From positions 116,808 to 180,807 of the IMG/VR virus record IMGVR_UViG_3300047323_000673: 64,000 nucleotides of DNA; one strand, 5' to 3'. This DNA comes from a virus. The first letter of the stretch is position 1; the number at the start of each line of letters is the position of its first letter. Below, piece after piece: positions 1 through 9,795 of this stretch. The position numbers and the translations under genes are program-made. The notes under the pieces are model-generated. The model had not been told where the DNA came from, made no database searches, and was given only the letters and a program-made list of their open reading frames with translations.

Positions 1-351
1 AGCATGTTCAAGATCAGCATATTTTTCCTTATATTCTTTTAAATGTGGTGTTTTAAAAAGATAATCCATAATTTTGAATTTTGCTTCACCACTAGCAATA
101 TGTAATGCTGATCCATCATTTATAGTTCTATAAACAGGTTCTGAATCAACAAGATTAAGAAGATAATCTAAAACTTTAGGAGAATCATTATGACAAGCAT
201 TGTATACTCCTTGAATGCAGAAATGCTCATGTGTACGATTTAAATGTGGAGTATTAAAAATGTAATCAAGTATATGTATATCTTCATTTTTACATGCCTC
301 TTCAAATTTAAGGTATAAATCTTTTTCATTTAAATTACTATAATCAGTCAT
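1..351 (-). CDS. Ankyrin-like repeat protein, array member (3' end runs off the window; not in supplied ORF track)
   Basis: ATG at 351, one base after the stop of 353..1213. Open to position 1: MTDYSNLNEKDLYLKFEEACKNEDIHILDYIFNTPHL...GSALHIASGEAKFKIMDYLF. Same N-terminal cap as the other members. Confidence 0.85.
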   Translation of the reverse strand, partial: MTDYSNLNEKDLYLKFEEACKNEDIHILDYIFNTPHLNRTHEHFCIQGVYNACHNDSPKVLDYLLNLVDSEPVYRTINDGSALHIASGEAKFKIMDYLFKTPHLKEYKEKYADLEHA

Positions 352-352
352 A

Positions 353-1213
353 TTACACCTTTGGTTTTTTAGTTTTGGCATCATTAAATTGTAAGTTATT
401 TACCAAGTCATGAAAATCAAACATTTTTTCAATTGCCTCGTTAGGAAATTTTTTTAAATGTTCCGCAATATCTTTCGTTTTTTCAATATTGAAGTCAACG
501 ATTAAATATCTCAAAACATTAAGCATTGTACCATTATGAGCACACTTATAGATTATATCATTATCTTCATGGATATGTATCTTATCTTTAAGATCAGGTG
601 AAGTTAATAGGTATTTAATAACATCTATTTTATCATTTGATTCAGCAGTGTACAAAATTGTACTATTTTTCAATGTTTTGAGAGCAAATGAATAGTTTGT
701 TTCAAAGAAATATTTTAAAACATGATTATGTCCATTTCTTACAGCTAAGGTAACTCCATACTCAAAAGCAGGAAAGTTACTTTTAATTCCTAACTCTTGT
801 TTAAACAAATAATTAATTATTTTTAAATGTCCGTTTTTACAAGCTTCATAGAAGCCTGCTTCAATACCATTAGGTTTTTTTTTAAGATTTAACTCAGATG
901 AATTTAATAGATATTCAACAATATCTAATTTTCCATTAGAACATGCAACTTTAAATGCATCCTTTAATAAATATTTTTTAAATTTAGCAGAAATAATATT
1001 GTTTAATTCTTCAGAATTAATCATATATTCTATAATATCAAGATATCCTTGTTCAGCAGCAATTAATAACATATTTTTAGGGATGGTATTATTGCATTTT
1101 TTAGCCTTAGTAATATTAAATATTTCTTTAATAAGATTTAAATCATTATTAAAGCAAGCAGTGCATAAAACAGAATTAAGATCTTGCTTTGAGAGTTCAG
1201 AGTAATTCTTCAT
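353..1213 (-). CDS. Ankyrin-like repeat protein with C-terminal basic tail (KKPKV)
   Basis: Repeated A(A/C)xxGxLxI(V/I)xYL motifs (AAEQGYLDIIEYM, ACSNGKLDIVEYL, ACKNGHLKIINYL). Confidence 0.85.
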   Translation of the reverse strand: MKNYSELSKQDLNSVLCTACFNNDLNLIKEIFNITKAKKCNNTIPKNMLLIAAEQGYLDIIEYMINSEELNNIISAKFKKYLLKDAFKVACSNGKLDIVEYLLNSSELNLKKKPNGIEAGFYEACKNGHLKIINYLFKQELGIKSNFPAFEYGVTLAVRNGHNHVLKYFFETNYSFALKTLKNSTILYTAESNDKIDVIKYLLTSPDLKDKIHIHEDNDIIYKCAHNGTMLNVLRYLIVDFNIEKTKDIAEHLKKFPNEAIEKMFDFHDLVNNLQFNDAKTKKPKV

Positions 1214-1214
1214 A

Positions 1215-1970
1215 TTAAACCTTTGGTTTTTTACTTATAGAAGTATTATCAGATTGAGTAGATAATTCTTCTTTTAAAGATTTATTTAACTCTCTAACAT
1301 TAAACATATTATCTACATCTTTTTTAAAGACATGGCTCATATATTCTTTAATATCTTCAGTTTTTTCTAAATTTAAATCAAAGATAAAATATCTTAAGAC
1401 TTCAAAGTGATTACGGTCATAAGCTGCTCTAAATAATTGATTCCCATTATCTTGAAGACCAAACTTTATTTTTATATCTGGTGACTCCATTAAATATTTT
1501 ACAATTTCAAGCCTACCTTCATCACAAGCAGCATCTAAAATAATGCCATTTTTCAATCCTTTTAGCATGAGTGGATCATCAGGAAAGGATTCAAAAATAT
1601 ATTTGAGAATATTCAAATGGCCAAAACTACTACAATATAATGCAGCCATCATGGGAGCATCAGAATTAGCATTCTCATCCTTAAGCTCTGGCTGCTCTAA
1701 TAAAAATTTAGTAATCTCAAAATAACCTTTTTCACAAGTAATTTTTACTAATTCCCTAACTTCATCTAATACTTTAAATGTTCTTCTAGCTTCCCACATG
1801 TCAAAGATGCATTTAACAATTTCTAATTGATTATCAAAGCAACCATGAAGAAGCATTTGATGAACAGATACTTGATTAGAATATTTGAACAAATCCGAAT
1901 CTAAAAAATTTTTTAAAAAATTAATATCACCATTTTTACATGCATTATAAACTTCTTGTACAGTAATCAT
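1215..1970 (-). CDS. Ankyrin-like repeat protein with C-terminal basic tail (KKPKV)
   Basis: ACKNGDINFLK, TCEKGYFEITKFL, ACDEGRLEIVKYL repeats. Confidence 0.85.
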   Translation of the reverse strand: MITVQEVYNACKNGDINFLKNFLDSDLFKYSNQVSVHQMLLHGCFDNQLEIVKCIFDMWEARRTFKVLDEVRELVKITCEKGYFEITKFLLEQPELKDENANSDAPMMAALYCSSFGHLNILKYIFESFPDDPLMLKGLKNGIILDAACDEGRLEIVKYLMESPDIKIKFGLQDNGNQLFRAAYDRNHFEVLRYFIFDLNLEKTEDIKEYMSHVFKKDVDNMFNVRELNKSLKEELSTQSDNTSISKKPKV

Positions 1971-1971
1971 A

Positions 1972-2736
1972 TTATACTTTCATTGTTCTATTTTTATTTT
2001 TACTACTAGTAAGTAAATTATTTTGAAGAGAGTTATTTAAATCTCTTATCTCAAACATCTTTTCTACATCTTTATTAGGATATGTGTTTAAATATTTTTT
2101 TATACTTTCAGTTTTTTCAATATTTAACTCAAATATGAGATATCTTAAATTCTCTAATGCTTGTTTTTCACAAGCTGTTTCAAATCCTTTTGCTAGATTT
2201 TTTTGCAAATTATAATTAGGTAAACTTATTAAATATTGTAAAACTAAAATATTATTATCTTTACAACAAGCAGCATCAAAAATTTCTTTTTCAGGATTTG
2301 GAATATTAGACATATAATTCTCATGTGTCTCTACAAAATATTTTAAGATATTTAAATGTCCATATTGAGCAGCACACATTGTTCCAAAATAAAGTATAGT
2401 AGAATTATGGTTAATTTTTATTGATGGTGTATCAGTTAAATATTTAACTATATCTATATGACCATATTGACTGGAATAATTCATAAATTGTGAAATATTT
2501 AGTGAATTATTAAAATATTTTTCAAATGGAGATTCAAAAAGAACTTTCATTATTTCTAGTCTACCTAGAATACAACATTCTTTAATCATTGCAACCATAA
2601 ACTGATCAAATTTTGATTCATGGATTAACCAGTTAGACTGTAAAAATTCTTTTACAAAATTGACATTATCATTTGCACAAGCTTCTTGTAATTTATCAGC
2701 TATTTCCTGTGGAGTAAATGTATCAATATTTTTCAT
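1972..2736 (-). CDS. Ankyrin-like repeat protein with C-terminal tail (RTMKV)
   Basis: SSQYGHIDIVKYL, AAQYGHLNILKYF; close paralogue of 2739..3503. Confidence 0.85.
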   Translation of the reverse strand: MKNIDTFTPQEIADKLQEACANDNVNFVKEFLQSNWLIHESKFDQFMVAMIKECCILGRLEIMKVLFESPFEKYFNNSLNISQFMNYSSQYGHIDIVKYLTDTPSIKINHNSTILYFGTMCAAQYGHLNILKYFVETHENYMSNIPNPEKEIFDAACCKDNNILVLQYLISLPNYNLQKNLAKGFETACEKQALENLRYLIFELNIEKTESIKKYLNTYPNKDVEKMFEIRDLNNSLQNNLLTSSKNKNRTMKV

Positions 2737-2738
2737 AC

Positions 2739-3503
2739 TTAAACCTTTGGCTTTTTATTCACAGAAGTGTTTAATTCCATATTTGAATGCAAATTATTAT
2801 GTAAATCTCTTATTTGGAACATTCTTTCTACTTCATCATTTTTATATTTTTTCAAATAAAAATTAACATTACTATTTCTTTCAATATTTAAATCAAAGAC
2901 AATATATTTTAAATTATCTAAATTACCTTTGTATAAAGATGATTCAAATCCTTTTTCAATATTTTTTTGTACATTATAATTGGGTAATGTTACTAAATAT
3001 TGTAAAATAGGTAAATTATTTTTCCGACAAGCAGATTCAAAAATTTCTGATTCAGGTTGAATGCTATTAACTAAATAATTTTTATTTGGATCTAATAAGT
3101 ATTTAACGATATCTAAATGACCATGTTCAGCAGCAACCATTGCACCAAATTGAGGAGTTGTAAAATTGTCTCCGATTTTTACTGCTGGCGTATCAATTAA
3201 ATATTTAACTATATCAATATGACCGTTTTTACTAGCATGTGTGAAAAAACATTGAATTTTGTGAGGTGAGTTAATTACAGGCTCAAATACAGAATTAAAA
3301 AGATTTTTTACTATATCTAAAGAACCATGAATACAACTTATTTCTAGTAAATTAAGTATTAATTTTTCAAATCTAGGAATATTAGATTCACTTATCCAGT
3401 CAGATTTTAAAAAATCATGTAAAAAACTAGCATTGCCAATTTTTGCCACCTCTTTTAACTTATCTACAAGTTCATTGGGAGTAAGTGTATCAATATTCTG
3501 CAT
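2739..3503 (-). CDS. Ankyrin-like repeat protein with C-terminal basic tail (KKPKV)
   Basis: ASKNGHIDIVKYL, AAEHGHLDIVKYL. Confidence 0.85.
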   Translation of the reverse strand: MQNIDTLTPNELVDKLKEVAKIGNASFLHDFLKSDWISESNIPRFEKLILNLLEISCIHGSLDIVKNLFNSVFEPVINSPHKIQCFFTHASKNGHIDIVKYLIDTPAVKIGDNFTTPQFGAMVAAEHGHLDIVKYLLDPNKNYLVNSIQPESEIFESACRKNNLPILQYLVTLPNYNVQKNIEKGFESSLYKGNLDNLKYIVFDLNIERNSNVNFYLKKYKNDEVERMFQIRDLHNNLHSNMELNTSVNKKPKV

Positions 3504-3505
3504 AA

Positions 3506-4279
3506 TTAAACCTTTAATTTTTTGTTTTTTTCTTGATTAATACTCATCTCAGACTTTAAATTACTATTTAAATCTCTCATCATAAACATTTTTTCAATTT
3601 CTTTGTTTGGTTTTTCTTTGAGTATTGCTGCAATATCATCAGTTTTATCTAAATTTAAATCAAATATTAAATATTTTACAACATCAAAATTATTGTTTTC
3701 ATATGCTGCTCGAAAATGACAATCAGAATGTTCGTGAATATTATCATTATGTAAAACATTAATAGAATGAAGATATTTTAAAATTGGAACTTCTCCATAC
3801 TCACATGCGGTATTTGTTAAGTTGCCATTTTTAATGACATCTTCATTTAATAAATATTTAAACTCCTTTAAAAGATATTTAATAATATTTAATCTACCAT
3901 CTTTCGCAGCATTTGTTAATCCTATTGAAAATAAAATTGCAGGGTTTGATCGTTGAACATGTAAGTCTTTAGATAAATATTCAACTGTTTTTAAATGACC
4001 ATTTTCACAAGAAATTTTAAAATATTCTGTAATATAGTGTTCACGATTAATCCTATTCTGGAAAGGAGAAGACTCAATCAAATATTTTATAATACTTGTT
4101 TTTCCATTAGAACAAGAAGTTAGGCCCATTCTATAAAAAAGATTACCTGTATCCATTGAATAAATAGTATCAAAATCATTTTTAATAATTTGTTTCAGAA
4201 GATTAATTTGACCTGAACGACAGGAACTTAATAATTTATCGCTTAATGCTGCTTCAGTTAATGGAGAATAGTTATTCAT
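3506..4279 (-). CDS. Ankyrin-like repeat protein with C-terminal basic tail (KKLKV)
   Basis: SCENGHLKTVEYL, AAKDGRLNIIKYL, ACEYGEVPILKYL. Confidence 0.85.
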   Translation of the reverse strand: MNNYSPLTEAALSDKLLSSCRSGQINLLKQIIKNDFDTIYSMDTGNLFYRMGLTSCSNGKTSIIKYLIESSPFQNRINREHYITEYFKISCENGHLKTVEYLSKDLHVQRSNPAILFSIGLTNAAKDGRLNIIKYLLKEFKYLLNEDVIKNGNLTNTACEYGEVPILKYLHSINVLHNDNIHEHSDCHFRAAYENNNFDVVKYLIFDLNLDKTDDIAAILKEKPNKEIEKMFMMRDLNSNLKSEMSINQEKNKKLKV

Positions 4280-4340
4280 AATAAAATGTATTTTTAATAA
4301 ATATATTCTATCAAATAGAAACTAATCATCAACTAAATTG

Positions 4341-5126
4341 TTAAACTTTTATCTTTTTAATTGATGATTGTGAATTTTTCAATTCTGATTGAAGATCACT
4401 ATATAAATCTCTTCTTTTGAACATTTCTTCAACATGAGAAAGCTCATATGCTTCTATATATTGAGAGATATCATCAGTTTTAGGTAAATTTAAATCAACA
4501 ATCAAATACTCTACAATATGCCATTTATCAAAAGAACAAGCTGTTCTAAAGTAAATATTTTTATCATGGGAAAGTTCAATATGCTGACTTAATTTAGGAT
4601 TCTGCATGATATATTTAATTATATCAAGGTAGCCTTCCATACAAGCTGTATCAAACATTTTACGAGCCAAATGATAATGATGTAAATCATAATCTTTAGT
4701 AAAGTCATCAATTAGATATTTAACTATAGATACATGTCCTTGCTCATAAGCATTCTTAACCCCCTCTGTAAATGAAACTGCTTCATAAATATTCCTTTGT
4801 AAGCCAGGTGTTTCCAATGTATATTTAACTATATCTAAACAACCATTATTACAGGCATTTTTAAAGATATAATCATTATAAACATTTATATTAGCATGTT
4901 CCTTTAAGTCAGGCGATGTTAATAAATAACTAAAGACCTCTACATTATTATTGTCAGCAGCATGTCTTAATGCTTTATCATTTCTATAATGAATATTTAT
5001 TTTAAAAGGAAGTACTGAAGATGTTAATAAATACTTAACTGACTCAATATCATTTTTTTCGCAAGCATTAACAAACTCATCATGTAATGCTTCTTCATCT
5101 AAAAATTTATAATCATCTATTTTCAT
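4341..5126 (-). CDS. Ankyrin-like repeat protein with C-terminal basic tail (KKIKV)
   Basis: YLLTSPDLKEHANIN, ACNNGCLDIVKY, ACMEGYLDIIKY. Confidence 0.85.
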   Translation of the reverse strand: MKIDDYKFLDEEALHDEFVNACEKNDIESVKYLLTSSVLPFKINIHYRNDKALRHAADNNNVEVFSYLLTSPDLKEHANINVYNDYIFKNACNNGCLDIVKYTLETPGLQRNIYEAVSFTEGVKNAYEQGHVSIVKYLIDDFTKDYDLHHYHLARKMFDTACMEGYLDIIKYIMQNPKLSQHIELSHDKNIYFRTACSFDKWHIVEYLIVDLNLPKTDDISQYIEAYELSHVEEMFKRRDLYSDLQSELKNSQSSIKKIKV

Positions 5127-5890
5127 ATTTTTATTCTTTTATTTGTAGTTTGATTATCTTCAAGCTCGGAAGTAAGCTGTTGATTTATTTCTCGTAATTC
5201 AAATAATTTAATAACAGATTCATTAGGATTTTTGGAAAAATAGCTTTTTAAATCATTGTCTAAATTTATATTTTTATTAAAGATAAAATATTTAATAACT
5301 TCCATTTCATCAAATGAACATGCACTTTTAAATGCTAAGTTATAATTGATAGGAAAACGATAATTAGTTAAATCAGGTGATTCTAAAAGATACTTTACAA
5401 TATCAATATGACCATGTTGGGAAGCAGCAGAGAGTATACCTCCATTTAATAACATTTTTCCGATTCTAGAATTATCTTTTTGAGGAGTTAATAGTGCCTG
5501 TAAAAGATGAAGATGTCCATTTCTAGATGCAATTAATGCTTGATCCATACAAAATTTTGAGAAAATATTATCTTTAATTATACTAGAATTCGTTATTATA
5601 TAAGAAATAATTTCGAATTCGTATTCATCACAACATTCTAGTAAAATTCCATTAACATTATCAGGCAAATTAACATATTGAGAAACATAATTATCTTCAA
5701 AAAGATATTTTACAATATTTAAATGACCATTTTTACCTGCCTCATAAAGTAAATCATACCCATAGTTGTTATACTCTTCAAACATTAATTTATCAGTTAA
5801 TTTTTGGAGGGTTTGCAAATCTCCTATTTTACAAGATTCTTTTGCTTTTTTAAATAACTCACGCTGAGTTAAATTATGATAATCGTTCAT
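5123..5890 (-). CDS. Ankyrin-like repeat protein with C-terminal basic tail (KRIKI)
   Basis: AGKNGHLNIVKYL, ASQHGHIDIVKYL; ATGA overlap with the next gene. Confidence 0.85.
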   Translation of the reverse strand: MNDYHNLTQRELFKKAKESCKIGDLQTLQKLTDKLMFEEYNNYGYDLLYEAGKNGHLNIVKYLFEDNYVSQYVNLPDNVNGILLECCDEYEFEIISYIITNSSIIKDNIFSKFCMDQALIASRNGHLHLLQALLTPQKDNSRIGKMLLNGGILSAASQHGHIDIVKYLLESPDLTNYRFPINYNLAFKSACSFDEMEVIKYFIFNKNINLDNDLKSYFSKNPNESVIKLFELREINQQLTSELEDNQTTNKRIKI

Positions 5891-5948
5891 ATTAATTTTA
5901 GTTATATAGATCTTTATTATAGCAAAATAAAATTAATGAACAATAAAT

Positions 5949-6722
5949 TTAAATTTTAGTTTTTTTAATTGGTATTATATTAGGCTCTAAATTTTTATTT
6001 AATTCTGAATTTAAATCACGAATTTCAAAATATTTATCTACATTTTCATTAGGATAACGAGATAAAGACTCTAATATATAAGGTGTTTTCTCAATATTTA
6101 AATCAATAATAAAGTATTTAAGAATATCTAGATGTTTATGTTGTAATGCATTATCAAAGCCAACATCATTATCTAAATGGATATTTGCATGTTCTGATAA
6201 TTCAGGTGAAGTTAATACATATTGCACAATGTTTAAATGTCCATTTAAAACAGCTTGTTTAAATGCTTTGTTTTGACCATATTCAATAGACAATCTATTT
6301 GTTGGAGATATGTCAGGTGAAGTAAGAAAATATTTAAGAACATTTAACTGACCAGAATTTGCTGCATAAGTGACTCCGTCCATGCATGATACTTTAAAAT
6401 TAATGGTTCTTTCGTAAGTATCATAGAGAATGTATTTAACAAGCTCTAAATGACCATTTATACAAGCTTGTCTAAAAGGATTATCATTTCTAGTCATTAT
6501 GTTTGCATTCTCTTCTAAATCTGGTGATGTTAAAAGATAATTTACAAGTTCTAAATGGCCTTTTTCAGCCACAAAGCTAAGTATAGTATTTGGGTGGGCT
6601 ATAACCTTTCTAGCATGTTTACAAGTAAAAAGGCTTTTAAGAGTTTCTAAATCACCATCCTCACAGCACTGTTGTAATATATCCTGTATTTTTTCTTCAC
6701 TTAAAATTGAATACCTACTCAT
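5949..6722 (-). CDS. Ankyrin-like repeat protein with C-terminal basic tail (KKTKI)
   Basis: AEKGHLELVNYLLTSPDL, ACINGHLELVKY, AVLNGHLNIVQY. Confidence 0.87.
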   Translation of the reverse strand: MSRYSILSEEKIQDILQQCCEDGDLETLKSLFTCKHARKVIAHPNTILSFVAEKGHLELVNYLLTSPDLEENANIMTRNDNPFRQACINGHLELVKYILYDTYERTINFKVSCMDGVTYAANSGQLNVLKYFLTSPDISPTNRLSIEYGQNKAFKQAVLNGHLNIVQYVLTSPELSEHANIHLDNDVGFDNALQHKHLDILKYFIIDLNIEKTPYILESLSRYPNENVDKYFEIRDLNSELNKNLEPNIIPIKKTKI

Positions 6723-6723
6723 G

Positions 6724-7512
6724 TTATACCTTTAATTGTTTATGCTGTAATTTGTTTTTAGATAACTCTAATTCAAGAGAATTATGTAAATCTCTAATTT
6801 TAAAAAAATCATTTATTTTATGTGTTATTGTATTATCTGATGAATAAAGATGATTTTTTATTTCTTCAGTTTGCTCTAACTGCTGTTCAAAAATTAAAAA
6901 TTCAATAATATCTAAATGTGAATATGAGCAAGCTCCTTTAAAACATGAATCATTATTAAAGTGGAAATCTAATTTCTGATTAAAATAAGGTAATTGTATA
7001 AGATATTTTAAAATATCAAGCCTACCACATTCACATGCTGCTTCTAATATCCTTTCTTTGTCATAATTTATATTTTGATGATGAATTTCAGTTGAATTTA
7101 ATATATAATCTACAACTTCAATTTTATCATAATAGATTCCTCTTATTATAGCTTCGTAAGAATATTTTTGTAATTGGAACTTATCATTAATGCTTGGATC
7201 AAATAAAAAATATTTAATGATATTTAAATGACCATTTTTACATGCCCATCTAAAAGCATCACTCGATTGTGAATGAGGATTTGCATGAGATTTTAAATCA
7301 GGAGAAGTTAGTAAATATTTTAAAACTTCTAAATTTCCATAACGACATGCTAAAGAAATACATTCATCATTTTCAAAATGAATATCAGCATTATTTTCAA
7401 GTTCATTTGAAGTAAGTAAATACTTAACTAAATCTAAATTTCCTTTAATACAAGCTACATGAAACTCATGATTTGCTTCATCAAAATTTAATTTTTTATA
7501 ATTTTTTTCCAT
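6724..7512 (-). CDS. Ankyrin-like repeat protein with C-terminal tail (KQLKV)
   Basis: ACIKGNLDLVKYL, ACRYGNLEVLKYL, ACKNGHLNIIKYF; 35-aa period. Confidence 0.87.
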   Translation of the reverse strand: MEKNYKKLNFDEANHEFHVACIKGNLDLVKYLLTSNELENNADIHFENDECISLACRYGNLEVLKYLLTSPDLKSHANPHSQSSDAFRWACKNGHLNIIKYFLFDPSINDKFQLQKYSYEAIIRGIYYDKIEVVDYILNSTEIHHQNINYDKERILEAACECGRLDILKYLIQLPYFNQKLDFHFNNDSCFKGACSYSHLDIIEFLIFEQQLEQTEEIKNHLYSSDNTITHKINDFFKIRDLHNSLELELSKNKLQHKQLKV

Positions 7513-7514
7513 AA

Positions 7515-8285
7515 TTAAATTTTATTTTTTTTGATTTTTTCTTGATTTTCATTTAATTCTGACTGAAGTCCTTGATTCAAATCTCTTAGCTCAAATAATT
7601 TTTCAACTTCATTATCACCATGTATAAAAATTTTTATTGTTTCAGTTTTTTTAATATTTAAATCAAAAATAAGATATTTAAGCACATTAATTTGGTCATA
7701 TTGATGTGCATAGAAAAATCCTTTATCATCATTAATATGTATATCAATATGTTTATTTAATTCAGGTGAAGTAAGTAGATATTTAACCATATCTAAGTAG
7801 CCATGCTCACATGCAAACTCTAATAATCTGCCTTCTTTTAAATCAACCTTTGGATTATCAGGTATTTCAGGAGATGTTAGAAAATATTTTAAAATATTTA
7901 AATGACCATATCTAGCTGCCAATATAATACCTTTATCACAATTATATTTAAGTGTAGGTTTTTGACATACTTCAAGTGAAAACAAATAATATTTAATGAC
8001 ATCTAAATTACCACCTCTGCAAGCCTTTTCATAAGAGTAAGAATCTGCAATAGCATGCTCTTTAAGCTCTGGGGATGTTAAAAGATATTTAAGAACATCA
8101 AGATGCCCATTAAGTGCTGCTAAAGCAACACATTCATCTCCAGCATAATGTATTTTAGCATTATATTTTAACTTGGAAGATGTAAGAAAATATCTGACAA
8201 GATTTAAATCGCCAGCTTCACAAGCATCAAGAAATGTCATATTTAACTCATCTTGAGTTAATTCATTATAATTAACAGAAATCAT
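7515..8285 (-). CDS. Ankyrin-like repeat protein with C-terminal basic tail (KKNKI)
   Basis: AALNGHLDVLKYL, AARYGHLNILKYF, ACEHGYLDMVKYL. Confidence 0.87.
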   Translation of the reverse strand: MISVNYNELTQDELNMTFLDACEAGDLNLVRYFLTSSKLKYNAKIHYAGDECVALAALNGHLDVLKYLLTSPELKEHAIADSYSYEKACRGGNLDVIKYYLFSLEVCQKPTLKYNCDKGIILAARYGHLNILKYFLTSPEIPDNPKVDLKEGRLLEFACEHGYLDMVKYLLTSPELNKHIDIHINDDKGFFYAHQYDQINVLKYLIFDLNIKKTETIKIFIHGDNEVEKLFELRDLNQGLQSELNENQEKIKKNKI

Positions 8286-9037
8286 ATTTTTATTTTTTTA
8301 GTTGATTGATGATTAGTTTCTAAGTTTTCATGCAAATTTCTATTTAATTCTCTTTTATTAAACAACTCAACTATATCATATCTATTATTTTCTACTAAAT
8401 AATCTCTAATATGTTGGTTCATTTCTATCTTTAAATCAAAAATAAAATAATTAAAAACTGCCATTTGATTATTTTTGCATGCTTCATATATTCCATAATA
8501 AATCATATCTGATACATTAACATTATTAACAAATTCTGGATAATTTAGTAAATACTTTAATATGTTAACATGCCCTTTTTCACAAGTAGATGGAAATATA
8601 TCACTTAAGGTTTTTATTTTATTAATATTTTTAAATTGAATATCTGTTAAAAAATAATTTAGAAGTTCTTCTTGTCCAAAAGTTGCTGACATTATTATAC
8701 CCATATTAGCTATATGAGATTTATCTTTTTTTAATGTAGGCAAAGTAAACAAGTATTTTAATATTTCTAGTTGTCCAGTCTCAAAAGAAGAATTATAAAT
8801 AGTGCCAGAATAATCAGAATGTTTGTTTTTTAATAGATACTTTACTATTTCTATTCTTCCAAATAATGTTGCAGATTTAACGGATTCTCGATAATTAAAT
8901 TCTAGATCTGCTTTAATATTTAAATCATCTGATTCAAGTAAGTATTTAGCTAAATTTAAATCACCATCAATACAAGCATGTACGAGTGCTTTATTTAATT
9001 CATCTTGAGTTAGTTCATTATAATTTACAGAATTCAT
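8282..9037 (-). CDS. Ankyrin-like repeat protein with C-terminal basic tail (KKIKI)
   Basis: ACIDGDLNLAKYL, TCEKGHVNILKYL; N-terminus nearly identical to 7515..8285. Confidence 0.85.
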   Translation of the reverse strand: MNSVNYNELTQDELNKALVHACIDGDLNLAKYLLESDDLNIKADLEFNYRESVKSATLFGRIEIVKYLLKNKHSDYSGTIYNSSFETGQLEILKYLFTLPTLKKDKSHIANMGIIMSATFGQEELLNYFLTDIQFKNINKIKTLSDIFPSTCEKGHVNILKYLLNYPEFVNNVNVSDMIYYGIYEACKNNQMAVFNYFIFDLKIEMNQHIRDYLVENNRYDIVELFNKRELNRNLHENLETNHQSTKKIKI

Positions 9038-9795
9038 ATTTTTATTTTCCTAGTTTGCTCATTATGAATTCTTAAATTTTTATTTAAATCTGTATGCAAA
9101 TCTTTTCTTAACTCTCTAATGTTAAACATGTCTAAAATGTCATTTCTACCTGCTTTAATTAAATGCTCCTTTGTATTCTCTTTAAGGGTCATATTAAGAT
9201 TAAATATAAGATATTTCATCATTTCAGTTTCATTACTATCACAAGCAACAATCATTCCTTTATTGCAAGCATTATTAAGACTATTATTTTGTATGAATTT
9301 TGGCAGATTAGCTAAATACTCAACTACATTTATTTGCCCTGAATTACATGCTCCAGTAAAAAGATCTTCCATTTGGTTATTTTTGACAAATAGAATAAAT
9401 TCTTTTGAGGTAAGGAAGTAATCTATAATATTTACTTGTCCGCTTGATGCTGCGGATAATCCACCATAATACCAAGAAGAATCCTTTTCTGATTTAAAAT
9501 CAGTAGCTTCATATACAAGTTTTAAAATTTCTAATTGTCCATTTTGACAAGCATGATAAAATACTATATTAGGATAATGATTTTGGATATCTTCTAAAAA
9601 ATACTTAACTACATCAATTTGACCTGATGCAGTAGCTGATTTAATGGCAATCCATTTATTATGAGTGATATCTGCATGAACAGGGAGTTCATTAGAACTA
9701 ACAAGATATTTGGCAAGTTCTAAGTCTCCACTTTCACAAGCTTTAACTAACTCTCTATTTAAATCTTGAGATGATAATTTTGTATAATCAATCAT
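9034..9795 (-). CDS. Ankyrin-like repeat protein with C-terminal basic tail (RKIKI)
   Basis: ACESGDLELAKYL, ACQNGQLEILKL, ACNSGQINVVEYL. Confidence 0.85.
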   Translation of the reverse strand: MIDYTKLSSQDLNRELVKACESGDLELAKYLVSSNELPVHADITHNKWIAIKSATASGQIDVVKYFLEDIQNHYPNIVFYHACQNGQLEILKLVYEATDFKSEKDSSWYYGGLSAASSGQVNIIDYFLTSKEFILFVKNNQMEDLFTGACNSGQINVVEYLANLPKFIQNNSLNNACNKGMIVACDSNETEMMKYLIFNLNMTLKENTKEHLIKAGRNDILDMFNIRELRKDLHTDLNKNLRIHNEQTRKIKI

